Source: Candidatus Zixiibacteriota bacterium (GTDB lineage Bacteria > Zixibacteria > MSB-5A5 > UBA10806 > 4484-95). From it: DNA of 64,000 nt. Where the stretch lies: assembly GCA_037441845.1 (NCBI GenBank), contig JBBIRK010000001.1, positions 337,284-401,283 on the forward strand, written 5' to 3'. This document shows positions 19,382-29,729 of the stretch, one piece after another. The first letter of the stretch is position 1, and the number at the start of each line of letters is the position of its first letter. The notes beneath the pieces were generated by a model. That model was not told the DNA's origin. It did not search any database and saw only the letters and a program-made list of their open reading frames with translations. Made by a program: the position numbers and the translations under genes.

Positions 19382-22300
19382 ATGTCCGGCAGATTCCTGA
19401 TCGTAATAATAATAAGCTGCATAGCCATCTGGATAACTTCAGCTCAGGCCGCTACATATTATGTCAAGCCCGATGGCAACGACAACGCCAACGGATTGAC
19501 CTGGGCGAACGCCTGGAGCACGCTCAATAAGGTGAACACATCGGTGGGCAGGGGCGACACGGTATTTTTCGGCACCGGTGTTTGGCGGGGGGAATTAAAA
19601 ATTCAACCCGGATATGTGAATGACCGCACCGTTTATGCCTGTTCCGCATTCGCCTTGACCAATGGCAGCGGTCAATACCATTTCGCCAAGATATATGGCA
19701 GCCAACGCATAACCAATTGGATCCAGCACTCGGGAAACATCTACAAGGCTCGCTACACCGCCTGCGACGGCGGTTTGCTGTGCCAGGGAGACTCGTTGTT
19801 CTGGCTTGAAAGCGGAATATCTTCGCTTACCCAACCCGGGCGTTTTTACGTCACCGGTGATACCATATATGCCTATGTCTATAATATCGGAAATCAAGGT
19901 TACGATCCGGACAATTATACTATGGAAGCTGCGGCGGCGCCGATAATCTGGGTCTGGTCGGGTCATGGGCATTCCGAGGGCGCCGATTATGTTACGCTGT
20001 GGGGCCTGGAGCTCAAATACGCGGCGGTACAGATCATCAGGCTGGAGGATCCTCTGCCAACCCATTTCTATGTGGATCATTGCAAATTATCCCACATCGC
20101 CTCGCTCGATTTTCTTCCGAACAACCCGGCCTGTATCTACAGCGCCAATCAGGACCCGTATTACTCATCTTACTGCCGCGCGTTGGCTTGCTCCATCGGC
20201 TATTCGATCTGCCACGGCGGATCCGACCACGGCACCGGCATAACTCTGTATTGCGCCCAAAACTTCACCGTCGATTCGTGCACGTTTTTCGGCTACTTCT
20301 CGGCGAATTGCATAAATTTCAAACGTTCCGTGAAATATTCCGTCGTTAAAAATTCGCTTTTCAATCCCGCCAATGCGCAGGTGGCGGTGGAATTCAAGGC
20401 GGACGCTCAATACGACAGCGCTTATTTTAATGTGGCTATGGGGAATATAAACAACGGATTTATCGGCTATTCCGATTTTCCGACGATTTATCCCAACAGC
20501 AACTTTCTTTACTGTCTGTTCAATACCATCATCGGAGACGTCCCTTTGATAGGCACATACACCGCTGGCTGCAGCGGGCACAAAGCCTATGACACTTTCA
20601 CAAAATACAACGTTTATTATTTAAGCAGCGTCGGTTCATATTCGCACAGGTTGCTGGAATGCGAATCCGATCCCATTTATAGGGTTACTATCGATTCCAA
20701 TTTGTATTGCATGGTCGATTCCACGAGGTTCTATATCGGAACGAGTCGATACAACCTGACTGCTTGGCGGAACAATTTCCATTACGATACCCGAACCACG
20801 TTCGTCAATTCTTTGGCCGCAATCAACTTCGTTAATTACCCTTATGATCTGCACCGAAACGTAAGCGTTCCCGAGGTCTCGGGCATCACCATCGGCGGCG
20901 TTCAATGCACCCGCTACGGCGCGTTCCAGGGTCCCGTGGCGCCCGATTCTACCCCGCCGGTGATCAGCTCGGTATCGGCCACCAATGTCAATTTCAACGG
21001 TGCGACGATCATCTGGGGCACCAACGAGCCGGCAAACTCCACCGTGAATTACGGCTTGACCACAGTCTACGGCCAATCCGCCGGCGATGCAGCTTATGTT
21101 TACGCCCACCAAATAACTTTGAGCGGCCTGCTGCCGGATACGGTTTATCATTTTCGGGTTAGGTCCAGGGATGGCGCCGGCAATGAATCGGTCAGCGGCG
21201 ATTACAGTTTCAGAACCGACACCGTCACCACATACCAGAATCTTGCTCTCGGGATAACTCCGACGGTAAGCAGCACCTACAGCGGCTACACGATCGGCCC
21301 GATAAACAACGGCGTAATCGCACCCCGGGGCGGCACCGCCACTACCTGGGCTTCGACGTCGAACCTGACCATCCCCCACTGGGTGGAATTCGATTTCGGA
21401 TCGCCCCGCCAATTATCGAGCGTGACGATCTATTGGGCTTGGAATTCGACCTCCTCGAGCTGGATGTGTTCCCGACAATATCATTTGCAGTATTGGAACA
21501 GCTCTACCTCGACTTTCGAAAATATAACCACGGTGAACAATGCGGTTGCCGAATCGGTGACCACGACCACATTCCTACCGCGGGTCACCACTCGATTCAG
21601 ATATTATCAGCCGGCGGGAATGGGCCCGGCGACCTACCCCTCGGTGGTCTGGCTGACCGAACTGGAAATATACGGCAACGCCGCTCCGCAGGATACGATT
21701 CCGCCGGCGCCGGTGCGCAATTTCGAGGCCAGGCCGGGGGGCGACCGCGGCTCGATCGACCTGTTCTGGGAGGCTCCGGGCGGCGATGACACGGTCGGCC
21801 AGGCGGCCGCCTACATGGTAAGATATATGCCCGATACCGGCCAGGTATTCGACTGGGAACAGGCGACCGAAACCTCCGATGCCCCGCCGTTGCCTGAGAT
21901 TTTCGGAACCCCGCAATCGTTTACGATAAGCGGTCTTGATGAGGGGAAGATCTACCAAGTGGCGATCCGCGCGATAGATGATTTGGGCAATATCTCGCCG
22001 TTGAGCGAAATAGCAGACACTTTCGCCTGCGGTATCGCCGCCCCTTCTCCGGTTCAGACCCAGGTCGATTCCGTCACCCAATCCGTTTACGTTACCGCCA
22101 GCCGGGTCGAATCGTATCTTTCCCTTTACTATGAATTCGCGCTCGACTCGCTGGCCGGATTTCCCGCCCCCGAACTAAGGCAGGATTTCGCGGCGGATTC
22201 GCTTCCCACAGCCGCCTATACGGGGTTGTCGCCCGGAAGGGTCTATTTCTGGCGTTGCCGCGCCAGATCGAACCAAACCGACGATTACAGCTCATGGTCG

Positions 22301-22894
22301 CAGACCGTGGGCTTCTCGCTTGATCAGGGCCCGATAACTCCGCCTCTCTTGACTCAAGGCAACTGCCTATACCCGAGTGCGGGCGAAATTGTGGTCTCTC
22401 CGAGGCCGACTTTTTCGGTAAATTATCCGGGCGATGTGTTCGAGATTTATATTCAGGTTGACGACGAGGATGCTTTCGCTCAGCCGATAGAATCTGGCTC
22501 TTTGGTCGTCTCCGATTCTCAGATAATCCGCTGGCGAGTGCCGGAAAACCTGCAGGATCAGCAGACCTACTATTGGAGGGTGAGTTCCGATAATATAAAT
22601 TGGTCTTCCCCGGTGCAGTTCGTGACGGGGTTCGCGGTGCATGCTTACCCCAATCCATTCAGACCGTCTTCAGGTCATGCGGGAATCGTATTCACCGCAT
22701 TGCCGGAAAACGCCGGAATCACGATCACCACGATCTCCGGCGATCCGATCAAGACGGCATCGCCCATAGGACCCGGCGAATGGGTCTGGAATGTCAAAGA
22801 TAATCATAATGAAGATATCGCCGCCGGAGTTTACTTGTATTCGATAGATTTCTCCGGTGGATCAGCCAGCGGAAAACTGGTCATTATCAAGTAG
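19382..22894 (+). CDS. Large secreted modular protein: beta-helix-like N-terminal domain, FN3-like, discoidin/F5-8-like, further FN3/Ig domains, C-terminal sorting-type domain
   Basis: Signal peptide, TYYVKPDGNDNANGLTWANAW start, DSTPPVIS...YHFRVRSRDGAGN, WVEFDFG...ELEIYG, C-terminal HAYPNPF...GVYLY...GKLVIIK. RBS AAGGAG. Confidence 0.8.
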   Translation: MSGRFLIVIIISCIAIWITSAQAATYYVKPDGNDNANGLTWANAWSTLNKVNTSVGRGDTVFFGTGVWRGELKIQPGYVNDRTVYACSAFALTNGSGQYHFAKIYGSQRITNWIQHSGNIYKARYTACDGGLLCQGDSLFWLESGISSLTQPGRFYVTGDTIYAYVYNIGNQGYDPDNYTMEAAAAPIIWVWSGHGHSEGADYVTLWGLELKYAAVQIIRLEDPLPTHFYVDHCKLSHIASLDFLPNNPACIYSANQDPYYSSYCRALACSIGYSICHGGSDHGTGITLYCAQNFTVDSCTFFGYFSANCINFKRSVKYSVVKNSLFNPANAQVAVEFKADAQYDSAYFNVAMGNINNGFIGYSDFPTIYPNSNFLYCLFNTIIGDVPLIGTYTAGCSGHKAYDTFTKYNVYYLSSVGSYSHRLLECESDPIYRVTIDSNLYCMVDSTRFYIGTSRYNLTAWRNNFHYDTRTTFVNSLAAINFVNYPYDLHRNVSVPEVSGITIGGVQCTRYGAFQGPVAPDSTPPVISSVSATNVNFNGATIIWGTNEPANSTVNYGLTTVYGQSAGDAAYVYAHQITLSGLLPDTVYHFRVRSRDGAGNESVSGDYSFRTDTVTTYQNLALGITPTVSSTYSGYTIGPINNGVIAPRGGTATTWASTSNLTIPHWVEFDFGSPRQLSSVTIYWAWNSTSSSWMCSRQYHLQYWNSSTSTFENITTVNNAVAESVTTTTFLPRVTTRFRYYQPAGMGPATYPSVVWLTELEIYGNAAPQDTIPPAPVRNFEARPGGDRGSIDLFWEAPGGDDTVGQAAAYMVRYMPDTGQVFDWEQATETSDAPPLPEIFGTPQSFTISGLDEGKIYQVAIRAIDDLGNISPLSEIADTFACGIAAPSPVQTQVDSVTQSVYVTASRVESYLSLYYEFALDSLAGFPAPELRQDFAADSLPTAAYTGLSPGRVYFWRCRARSNQTDDYSSWSQTVGFSLDQGPITPPLLTQGNCLYPSAGEIVVSPRPTFSVNYPGDVFEIYIQVDDEDAFAQPIESGSLVVSDSQIIRWRVPENLQDQQTYYWRVSSDNINWSSPVQFVTGFAVHAYPNPFRPSSGHAGIVFTALPENAGITITTISGDPIKTASPIGPGEWVWNVKDNHNEDIAAGVYLYSIDFSGGSASGKLVIIK

Positions 22895-22963
22895 TCTGTC
22901 TTTTTTCCTCAGGAAGTAAAATTACATAGAATCGTGTGCGGAACATCGGGCGAAAATAATGGC

Positions 22964-22993
22964 TTGAAAAAGCGGCCCGCATTCCGATACAAT
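22964..22993 (+). promoter_or_regulatory. sigma70-type promoter, leaderless geometry (lipoprotein gene)
   Basis: TTGAAA-N18-TACAAT-N6-ATG(23000). Confidence 0.65.
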
Positions 22994-22999
22994 AAATAT

Positions 23000-24541
23000 A
23001 TGACAAAAGGCATCTTTGCGGCCGTTTTCGGGGCTCTCCTGTTTTTTGCCTGCGATGGCAATAAGCCATCGGCGCCGACACCGCGACCGATTGCGATAAC
23101 CTCACCGGCGAATAACGCCGTCGTTTCCGATACGGTTTTGATATCGGCCAGCCCGGGCGTTGGTTACGTGTTCGACAGTGTGCTTTTCTACATTGACAGC
23201 GACCTGGTTTACATCGATACGCTTCCGCCGTATACCCACTTGTGGGATGTATCCGTATATCGCGACAGCAGCTATCACTGGCTGAAAGTTTCTGCTTTCG
23301 GCTCTATCGACGCCGCAGACAGCGTCCGAGTCAGGGTAACTATACCCGGGGGAGCGATAAGGATCATATTCCCGGCGCCCGGGGCGATCTTGAGTGATAC
23401 GGTAAGGATCAAAGCGCGGCAGGCTGCGGCATATTCGTTCGACAGTGTTCTATTCAAGATAAACGATGTCACAGCCGGAAGAGATTCAACCGCTGAAACC
23501 GATTCTTCCACTGGTGTGCCATTGATGGTATTTGCTTTTCTTCTGAATGTGAGCGGCTATCAGGATAATTCGACACTTTCGCTAAAAGTGGAGGCATTCG
23601 AAAACGGCCTTGTTTACGTCTCGGGAATTATTCCGGCTTATGTGATGTTCGATACCGTTCGCGGGCAATTCGACTTCATTTCGACCTTTGCCTTGTCGGC
23701 GCCTTCGCAGAGGGTGGCCACGGAGGGAGGCCATCTTTGTGCGGCTATAGGCAGCAGCGGCATAATAGGAATCGATATCACCTCGCCCTCGTCGCCCCAT
23801 ACCGGTTTCCTGCGCAACACCAATGGATTCGCCTACGGTGTCGATATCGCATCTTCGTATCTGGCTGTCGCCGACGGCGATCAAGGTGTCGAAAGGCTGA
23901 AAATCACAGCCGCCGATTCATTGCAACCGGCCGGATATTTCAACAGCGCCGGAATCAGCAGAAACGCAAAAATATCGGGCGATCTGATTTTCGTCGCCGA
24001 CCAGGATGCTTTACAAATAGTCCGCATCAGCGGCGATTCCCTGATAGCGGAGGCGCGGGTCTTGATATCGGGAGGATTGGTGATCGATGTCGATGCGATC
24101 GGCAGTATCGCTTTCGTGGCCGACTATTCCGGAATCACGGCAATCGATGCTTCGACACCCGCTTCGCCCGTGGTGCGCTCGCGTTATACGGCGATCGACG
24201 GTCAGGGTAGATCGGTTGCGGCAATCGATACGTTCGTGTTTTTGGGCACCACCGCGGAGATTTTGAAATTGTCCTGCGCCGATCTTGATTCGCTGAAATT
24301 CGTTTCGCGCCTGGCATATACGTCGGGGATCACCGGCGTATTCGCCGCCGACTCGATTCTGTTCGCGTCGATCGGAGGCACGACCGGCGGAGCGGCGGCG
24401 ATCAGATACAGAAATCAGGCGGCAATGATACAACTGCATCAGTACATCAACAACGATAACTGCCGCGACATATGCACCGGTGGTCCGTTCGTTTACCTCG
24501 CCGGGCAGACGAAAATAGATATTTTACGATTCGTCCCCTGA
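23000..24541 (+). CDS. Lipoprotein with bacterial Ig-like domains and an LVIVD-repeat beta-propeller
   Basis: Lipobox LFFAC; ITSPANNAVVSDTV...PPY...WD Ig motif; repeats YLAVADGDQG, IFVADQD, AFVADYSGITAIDAS. Confidence 0.8.
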   Translation: MTKGIFAAVFGALLFFACDGNKPSAPTPRPIAITSPANNAVVSDTVLISASPGVGYVFDSVLFYIDSDLVYIDTLPPYTHLWDVSVYRDSSYHWLKVSAFGSIDAADSVRVRVTIPGGAIRIIFPAPGAILSDTVRIKARQAAAYSFDSVLFKINDVTAGRDSTAETDSSTGVPLMVFAFLLNVSGYQDNSTLSLKVEAFENGLVYVSGIIPAYVMFDTVRGQFDFISTFALSAPSQRVATEGGHLCAAIGSSGIIGIDITSPSSPHTGFLRNTNGFAYGVDIASSYLAVADGDQGVERLKITAADSLQPAGYFNSAGISRNAKISGDLIFVADQDALQIVRISGDSLIAEARVLISGGLVIDVDAIGSIAFVADYSGITAIDASTPASPVVRSRYTAIDGQGRSVAAIDTFVFLGTTAEILKLSCADLDSLKFVSRLAYTSGITGVFAADSILFASIGGTTGGAAAIRYRNQAAMIQLHQYINNDNCRDICTGGPFVYLAGQTKIDILRFVP

Positions 24542-24632
24542 AATCGACACTTAGCCCATCTGAAACATATTGTTGCCGAGCACATTCGCGAAGTCAGATC
24601 TCTTTCAATTACATTCGGCCATAACAAAATAG

Positions 24633-24661
24633 TTGACCGCGGCATTTCCGAGGACTATACT
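24633..24661 (+). promoter_or_regulatory. sigma70 promoter
   Basis: TTGACC-N17-TATACT, followed by RBS GGGAGG before 24706. Confidence 0.7.
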
Positions 24662-24705
24662 TCGATGGAATTCGTTTATATAGGTGCATAATTTCGGGAG
24701 GATAA

Positions 24706-25392
24706 ATGGCCATACCGATAGAACTGATCGTCGATCGCCAGATTCGAAGGTGGGAACTGGAAAAGTCGAAACCGGAATCGGCGGCAACAGCCAAGCAGGT
24801 CGAAGGGCCTATAATCACCATCTCCCGACAGCGCGGCTCCAACGGCAGTAAGGTCGCCGAACTGCTGGCCGGGATGACCGGTTTCAATTTAATCAGCCGG
24901 GATATAATCGATCAGATAAGCACCGACATCGGCGTGCAAAAAAGATTGATCGAAACTCTCGATGAAGGGGTTCGCTCGTCGTTCGAGCTTTGGGTTGAGG
25001 GGCTGTTCAAGGGACGAATCGTCGATTCCTCCGATTATATCAAGAGCCTGGCCAGGATAATCGGGGCGATTTCGCAGCATGGCTATTCGATAATCGTCGG
25101 CAGAGGAGCCAATTTCCTGCTGGGAATGCGCCGTGGCTTTCACATTCGAATCGTCGCCGATTACGATTTCCGAGTCAACTCCATTGCCGTAAGGAAGAAG
25201 ATCAGCGAGGCGGAGGCCCGCGCCGATATCGATCGCACCGATGAGCAAAGGCGGAAATTCGTCAAGACGCATTTCGGCGCGGATATCGATGATCCTCACG
25301 CCTACGATATTACGATCAACAGCACCCACTTTCCGCCGGAACAAATAGCGAGAATGATTTTGGGTATATACCCATCGAAAGTTTTGTCATAA
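24706..25392 (+). CDS. Cytidylate-kinase-like family protein
   Basis: ITISRQRGSNG, IIVGRGANF, YDITINS. Confidence 0.88.
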   Translation: MAIPIELIVDRQIRRWELEKSKPESAATAKQVEGPIITISRQRGSNGSKVAELLAGMTGFNLISRDIIDQISTDIGVQKRLIETLDEGVRSSFELWVEGLFKGRIVDSSDYIKSLARIIGAISQHGYSIIVGRGANFLLGMRRGFHIRIVADYDFRVNSIAVRKKISEAEARADIDRTDEQRRKFVKTHFGADIDDPHAYDITINSTHFPPEQIARMILGIYPSKVLS

Positions 25393-25470
25393 TATCAAGG
25401 AAATGCAAGGCAGGCCGTCGGACAACGACGACTGTCGGCGGATACAATTTATTTTTCCTGAAAGGAAATT

Positions 25471-25914
25471 ATGAAAGTAAGTGATATCCTTCGCGCCAAA
25501 GGTTCCGAGGTGGCAACCATAGGCGGCGAACAAACAGTGGCCGAGGCGTTAAAGCTGATCGTCAGACGCAAGGTCGGCTCATTGGTGGTCGTCAACGACG
25601 CCGATTTCCCAGAGGGAATAATAACCGAACGCGATATCGTGAGGTTGGCCGATGAGAAAGCCGAGGGAAATTGGCGGGCGCTCCCGGTCAAACAGGTCAT
25701 GACCAGAAACGTCATCATCGGTCTCCCCGAAGACGATGTCGAATACATCATGAAACTGATGACCGCCAACCGATTCAGACACGTGCCGATCATGAAAGAA
25801 GGCAAGCTGGCCGGGCTGATTTCCATAGGCGATATTATCAAATCGCTTTTATCCGATTTCGAGGCGGCCAACCGATATTTGACGGATTATATCGCCAATA
25901 AATATCCCTGCTGA
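25471..25914 (+). CDS. Tandem CBS-domain protein
   Basis: GSLVVV, GIITERD, VMT, RFRHVPI, GLISIGD. Confidence 0.93.
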   Translation: MKVSDILRAKGSEVATIGGEQTVAEALKLIVRRKVGSLVVVNDADFPEGIITERDIVRLADEKAEGNWRALPVKQVMTRNVIIGLPEDDVEYIMKLMTANRFRHVPIMKEGKLAGLISIGDIIKSLLSDFEAANRYLTDYIANKYPC

Positions 25915-25996
25915 TTCGAATAAGCCTCGACTGAAACGCGCTGCTTGAGCTAAGCGAGTCCGGTTATCGATTTAGATACGATTCAACAGCGGCCGT

Positions 25997-26025
25997 AAAA
26001 AAACACCCCTCATATAGGAGGGGTG
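25997..26025 (-). terminator. Rho-independent terminator for the cytochrome gene
   Basis: CACCCCTC-ATATAG-GAGGGGTG hairpin with an adjacent A7 run (U-tract on the minus strand). Confidence 0.8.
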
Positions 26026-26052
26026 CAGTCGATCGATATAAAACTGCCACGG

Positions 26053-27285
26053 CTAACGGTGCGATCTTCTCAAATCGGCCGCCAAGTCTTTTATTTCCTG
26101 AAGATCCATTACCATGGCGCTCCAGCCGTACCAAAGTGAATAATCGGGATTGGCGTGGAACGTTCCCTGGAAAGATCGCATCCGATGTTCGAGATGCATT
26201 TCGAACAGCTTCTGCTCGATCCGAGTCGGCGCATCGTGGAAAGTCAACAGATCGGGGAATGAGTGAGCGTAACCGGCTGGTTTGGCCAAGATACCTTCTT
26301 TATAAAGGTCGGCAACAATCCTTATCGCCTCGGCCAGAAGATGATCGGCTTCGCGGATCATATCATCGCCCTTTTTAAGCTCGGCCCGTGCGAAATTTTC
26401 GGAATGGCATTCTCCACATATCTGGATCATTTTGTTACGCTCGGCATCGAATGATTCCTGGGTCAGTCGGGCTACATCGGCGGCTTTGACGACGTCAAGT
26501 CGTCCTGTTGGTTGTCCCGCCGGATCGAGAACGCCCAGGGCCTGAAGAATGGTGATCTGATCGGCTTTCCATTGCGGATCCTCGGGCAGCGGCAGGCGAA
26601 CCGCCAGAAATCCCCAAGCGGTCCTCACTTCGTGATTTCCGCCTGGCATATGGCACTTTTGACAGGTGGGGGCCGGAGTCGATTCCGGCAAAACGCCGCT
26701 TTGTTTCAGCAGATGGCGTACACCGTGCTTTGATGATGAATACATTTCCCATTGTGGATGGTCAAAACCCATATGGCAGGTTTGACAGGACTGTGGCTGG
26801 CGCGCCTCGGTTAACGAGAACGTGTGCCGCGTATGGCAGGCATCGCAGGAGGCATTGCCGAACGTGGAGCCGTCGCTCTTGAGCTGCTTGATTTCCGCCT
26901 CTGATTTCAATCCGATCTTATGACAACCGCCGCACCCTTTCATTCCCTCGATCAGGGCCATTGGATGGTTATGGGTGGTGGGCATCGCGTTCATCGCCGC
27001 CCAGGCAAATGAATGCTTGCCTTTGCTGAACTGAGCCAGCTGCTGATCATGGCAATTGCCGCAGGTCTGCGCCGTAGGCAGGCTCACCTCGGCCACGTCT
27101 GCCGCATTGTCATGACCGGTGCCATGACAGGCCGAGCAAGTGACTTCGGCGGCGAAATGCTTGCTCAGTTTCCAATCGGCAACGATATCGGGCGTCACCG
27201 ATGTGTGGCAGTCAACACAGATTTCAGCCGGCGCCGGAGCAATCAATAAGAATAAAAAAACCGGCACAATAACTTTAGCTCTCAA
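26053..27285 (-). CDS. Octaheme cytochrome c, hydroxylamine oxidoreductase (HAO)-like family
   Basis: Signal peptide; eight CxxCH motifs (CVDCH, CSACH, CGNCH, CGGCH, CDACH, CQTCH, CQKCH, CGECH); HTRHTFS, WEMYSSSKHG, HANPDY. TTG start with GGAGG. Confidence 0.88.
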   Translation of the reverse strand: MRAKVIVPVFLFLLIAPAPAEICVDCHTSVTPDIVADWKLSKHFAAEVTCSACHGTGHDNAADVAEVSLPTAQTCGNCHDQQLAQFSKGKHSFAWAAMNAMPTTHNHPMALIEGMKGCGGCHKIGLKSEAEIKQLKSDGSTFGNASCDACHTRHTFSLTEARQPQSCQTCHMGFDHPQWEMYSSSKHGVRHLLKQSGVLPESTPAPTCQKCHMPGGNHEVRTAWGFLAVRLPLPEDPQWKADQITILQALGVLDPAGQPTGRLDVVKAADVARLTQESFDAERNKMIQICGECHSENFARAELKKGDDMIREADHLLAEAIRIVADLYKEGILAKPAGYAHSFPDLLTFHDAPTRIEQKLFEMHLEHRMRSFQGTFHANPDYSLWYGWSAMVMDLQEIKDLAADLRRSHR

Positions 27286-27325
27286 TTCATCGACCTCCCA
27301 GGTTCGTTGTTATACTCTTGAATGA

Positions 27326-27354
27326 ATTATACCATCTTATGTAATTTCAATCAA
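27326..27354 (-). promoter_or_regulatory. sigma70 promoter (extended -10) for the cytochrome gene
   Basis: TTGATT-N17-TATAAT with a TGn extension. Confidence 0.7.
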
Positions 27355-27426
27355 GCGGACATCATTGAATATGTAACGGACATGACGATAAATCGCGTGA
27401 AAATACCGATTTCGGCTGCCGTCGAA

Positions 27427-28077
27427 TCAGCCCCTGATTTTTTCTATGTCGTCCTCTTTGCCGAGAACCACGAGGATATCCGAGTCTTTTATTTTGAAAT
27501 CCCCGCCGGGGATGAATTTGAAACTGCCTGACAAGACATCTTTGACAGCGATAACTTCGACATGATAGCGCGCCCGCAATTGTAATTCAGCGAGCGTCTT
27601 GCCCATGAAATTATCGGGCGGAGCCAGTTCGGCGATCGAAAATTTCTCGGAAAGCGGCAGAAAATCGAGAAGGTTCGGCTGAACCAGCGATCTCGCCAGT
27701 TTGATCGCCATCTCCTCCTCGGGGATCAAAGTCTCGTGCGCTCCCACCGCAAGCAAAATTTTCGAATGATCCAACGAATTGGCCTTGACTATAATCCTCT
27801 GCGCGCCCAATTCCTTAAGGTGAAGAGTGATTAAAATCGAGGCGTGCTCGTTATCGCCGGTGGAAACGATGATGGCCGTAAACTTATCGACCTCCATATT
27901 CTGCAGGAATCGTCTGTCGGTGGCGTCCGCAACGATGGCTTGATTGCAGTGCTCCTGCACCTCCTGCACTTTCGCTTTGTCGGCGTCGATAGCGGTGATT
28001 TTGATCCCTTCCTCGAACAACTTCTTCACCACCATCGCTCCGAAATTTCCCAATCCGATTACCGCGAATTCGAGCAT
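27427..28077 (-). CDS. ktrA: TrkA/KtrA potassium uptake regulatory subunit
   Basis: Rossmann motif VIGLGNFG; RCK_C GKTLAELQLR...VIAVK. Confidence 0.9.
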   Translation of the reverse strand: MLEFAVIGLGNFGAMVVKKLFEEGIKITAIDADKAKVQEVQEHCNQAIVADATDRRFLQNMEVDKFTAIIVSTGDNEHASILITLHLKELGAQRIIVKANSLDHSKILLAVGAHETLIPEEEMAIKLARSLVQPNLLDFLPLSEKFSIAELAPPDNFMGKTLAELQLRARYHVEVIAVKDVLSGSFKFIPGGDFKIKDSDILVVLGKEDDIEKIRG

Positions 28078-28086
28078 TCTTTACCT

Positions 28087-29433
28087 CTATCCGATCATGA
28101 CCGGTTCGTCCGAATAGGTCACTTCGCCCCTAAAAGGCGAACGCGCTATTCCATAGGCAAGTGTCAACAAGCCCACCCGACCGATAAACATACACAGCAT
28201 TATAACTATTTTGCTGATTCCTGACAACTCCGGAGTAATTCCCAAAGACAATCCCACGGTGCCGAACGCCGAGACCACCTCGAACAGGCACTCCATCATC
28301 CAGCCGCCGCTTTCGGCATGCGAGATACTTGAGCTTTCGACAATCACGAGAATCATCGTCGCCAGAACGATGACAATAACCGCCAGCATAAATAGAGAGA
28401 TTGCTTTGATGATCGAGTCCGTGTTGAACGAACGTCGAAACGCGTTGACCGACGATTTGCCCTGCAACCGGCTATAAATCAGAAGCAAAATAACCGCCAT
28501 GCTGGTGATCTTTATGCCGCCGCCGGTCGAGCCCGGGCAAACGCCGATGAACATGAGTATAGTCGTGAATAACAAGCTCGATTCGGAGAAATTCGGCTGG
28601 GGAATCGTATTGAATCCGGCCGTCCTCGGCGTCACCGATTGGAAGAAGGCATTGGCGATCTTCTCCAACAATCCCATTCCGGCAAACGCTCCTCGCGATT
28701 CGGAAAACAAATAAAACAAAGTTCCTATCGACAGCAGAATCGCCGTACCGAGCAAACATAATTTGGTATGAAGAGTCAGCGATCTGCGGCGGTATTTCAG
28801 AAATTTGGCCGTTATTTCCCGCAACAGCGCGAATCCCATCCCACCGACTATTATCGTCACCGTCATGATTACGATCACCGGAATGTCCGTCCGATATCTT
28901 TCCAGACTATCGGGAAAAATCGAAAAACCCGCGTTGCAAAACGCCGACACGGAGTGGAAAATTGAGGCATAAATCGCCTTATCAACGGGCATGTCGTCTG
29001 CAAACTGCAAAAACAAAAGCGCGGCGCCGATCAGCTCGATCGACAAGGTTATGGTGATTACCGCCCGCAATAACGATTTCAGCATCAGGCGGCCGGTGCT
29101 GAATGCTTGTCCTAAACCGAGTCTGTCGTTCAAGGGAATTTGGGATCCGAGCGACCAGAATAGTCCCGTCGCCAAGGTCATGATACCGAGACCGCCGATC
29201 TGGATCATTATCAAAATTATTATCTGACCCAACAAGCTTAAATCGGTGGCTGTGTTTACCACCGTCAATCCGGTGACACAGATGGCCGAGGTTGAAGTGA
29301 AAAGCGCGTTAATCAGCCCGATCGACCCATTGTTGCCGCAAATGGGCAAAGATAGGATGATCCCGCCGATAAAAATAGCGGCGGCAAAATAGATTACTAT
29401 CTTGCGGCCGGGATTGGGCCCAAAAATTTCCAT
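28087..29433 (-). CDS. ktrB: TrkH/KtrB potassium uptake membrane subunit
   Basis: Four pore loops: SAICVTGL, SAFCNAGF, TPRTAGF, SAFGTVGLS; also GSTGGGIK, MFIGRVG. Confidence 0.93.
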   Translation of the reverse strand: MEIFGPNPGRKIVIYFAAAIFIGGIILSLPICGNNGSIGLINALFTSTSAICVTGLTVVNTATDLSLLGQIIILIMIQIGGLGIMTLATGLFWSLGSQIPLNDRLGLGQAFSTGRLMLKSLLRAVITITLSIELIGAALLFLQFADDMPVDKAIYASIFHSVSAFCNAGFSIFPDSLERYRTDIPVIVIMTVTIIVGGMGFALLREITAKFLKYRRRSLTLHTKLCLLGTAILLSIGTLFYLFSESRGAFAGMGLLEKIANAFFQSVTPRTAGFNTIPQPNFSESSLLFTTILMFIGVCPGSTGGGIKITSMAVILLLIYSRLQGKSSVNAFRRSFNTDSIIKAISLFMLAVIVIVLATMILVIVESSSISHAESGGWMMECLFEVVSAFGTVGLSLGITPELSGISKIVIMLCMFIGRVGLLTLAYGIARSPFRGEVTYSDEPVMIG

Positions 29434-29729
29434 GCTTAAATATATATATCGGGAAATAAATCAAGGATTAAACTTCGACTTATACGCGAGGATTCACCCA
29501 GCAAGACCGCCGATTGATTTTCCTTGACAAAATTCGATTTATTCGGAACCTGCCGACGGCTTCACATTTCGCTTTTATTGTCAATAATATGATTTGCGGC
29601 AGTGTGACCTCACGGGCAAGATGAAAAAGCCCCGGTGATCCGGCCAAGGACCATATCGATAGATCCGGCTGCATCCGGATTTATCGATAAAAAACCCTAT
29701 TTCATCCGTTCCTTTCGAGTCGTAGCCCG

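Noticed and set aside
29434..29729. c-di-AMP (ydaO) riboswitch upstream of ktrB
   Set aside because: Only an isolated GGGTGAATC is present; the other conserved blocks are absent, and the likely -10 lies right at the start codon.
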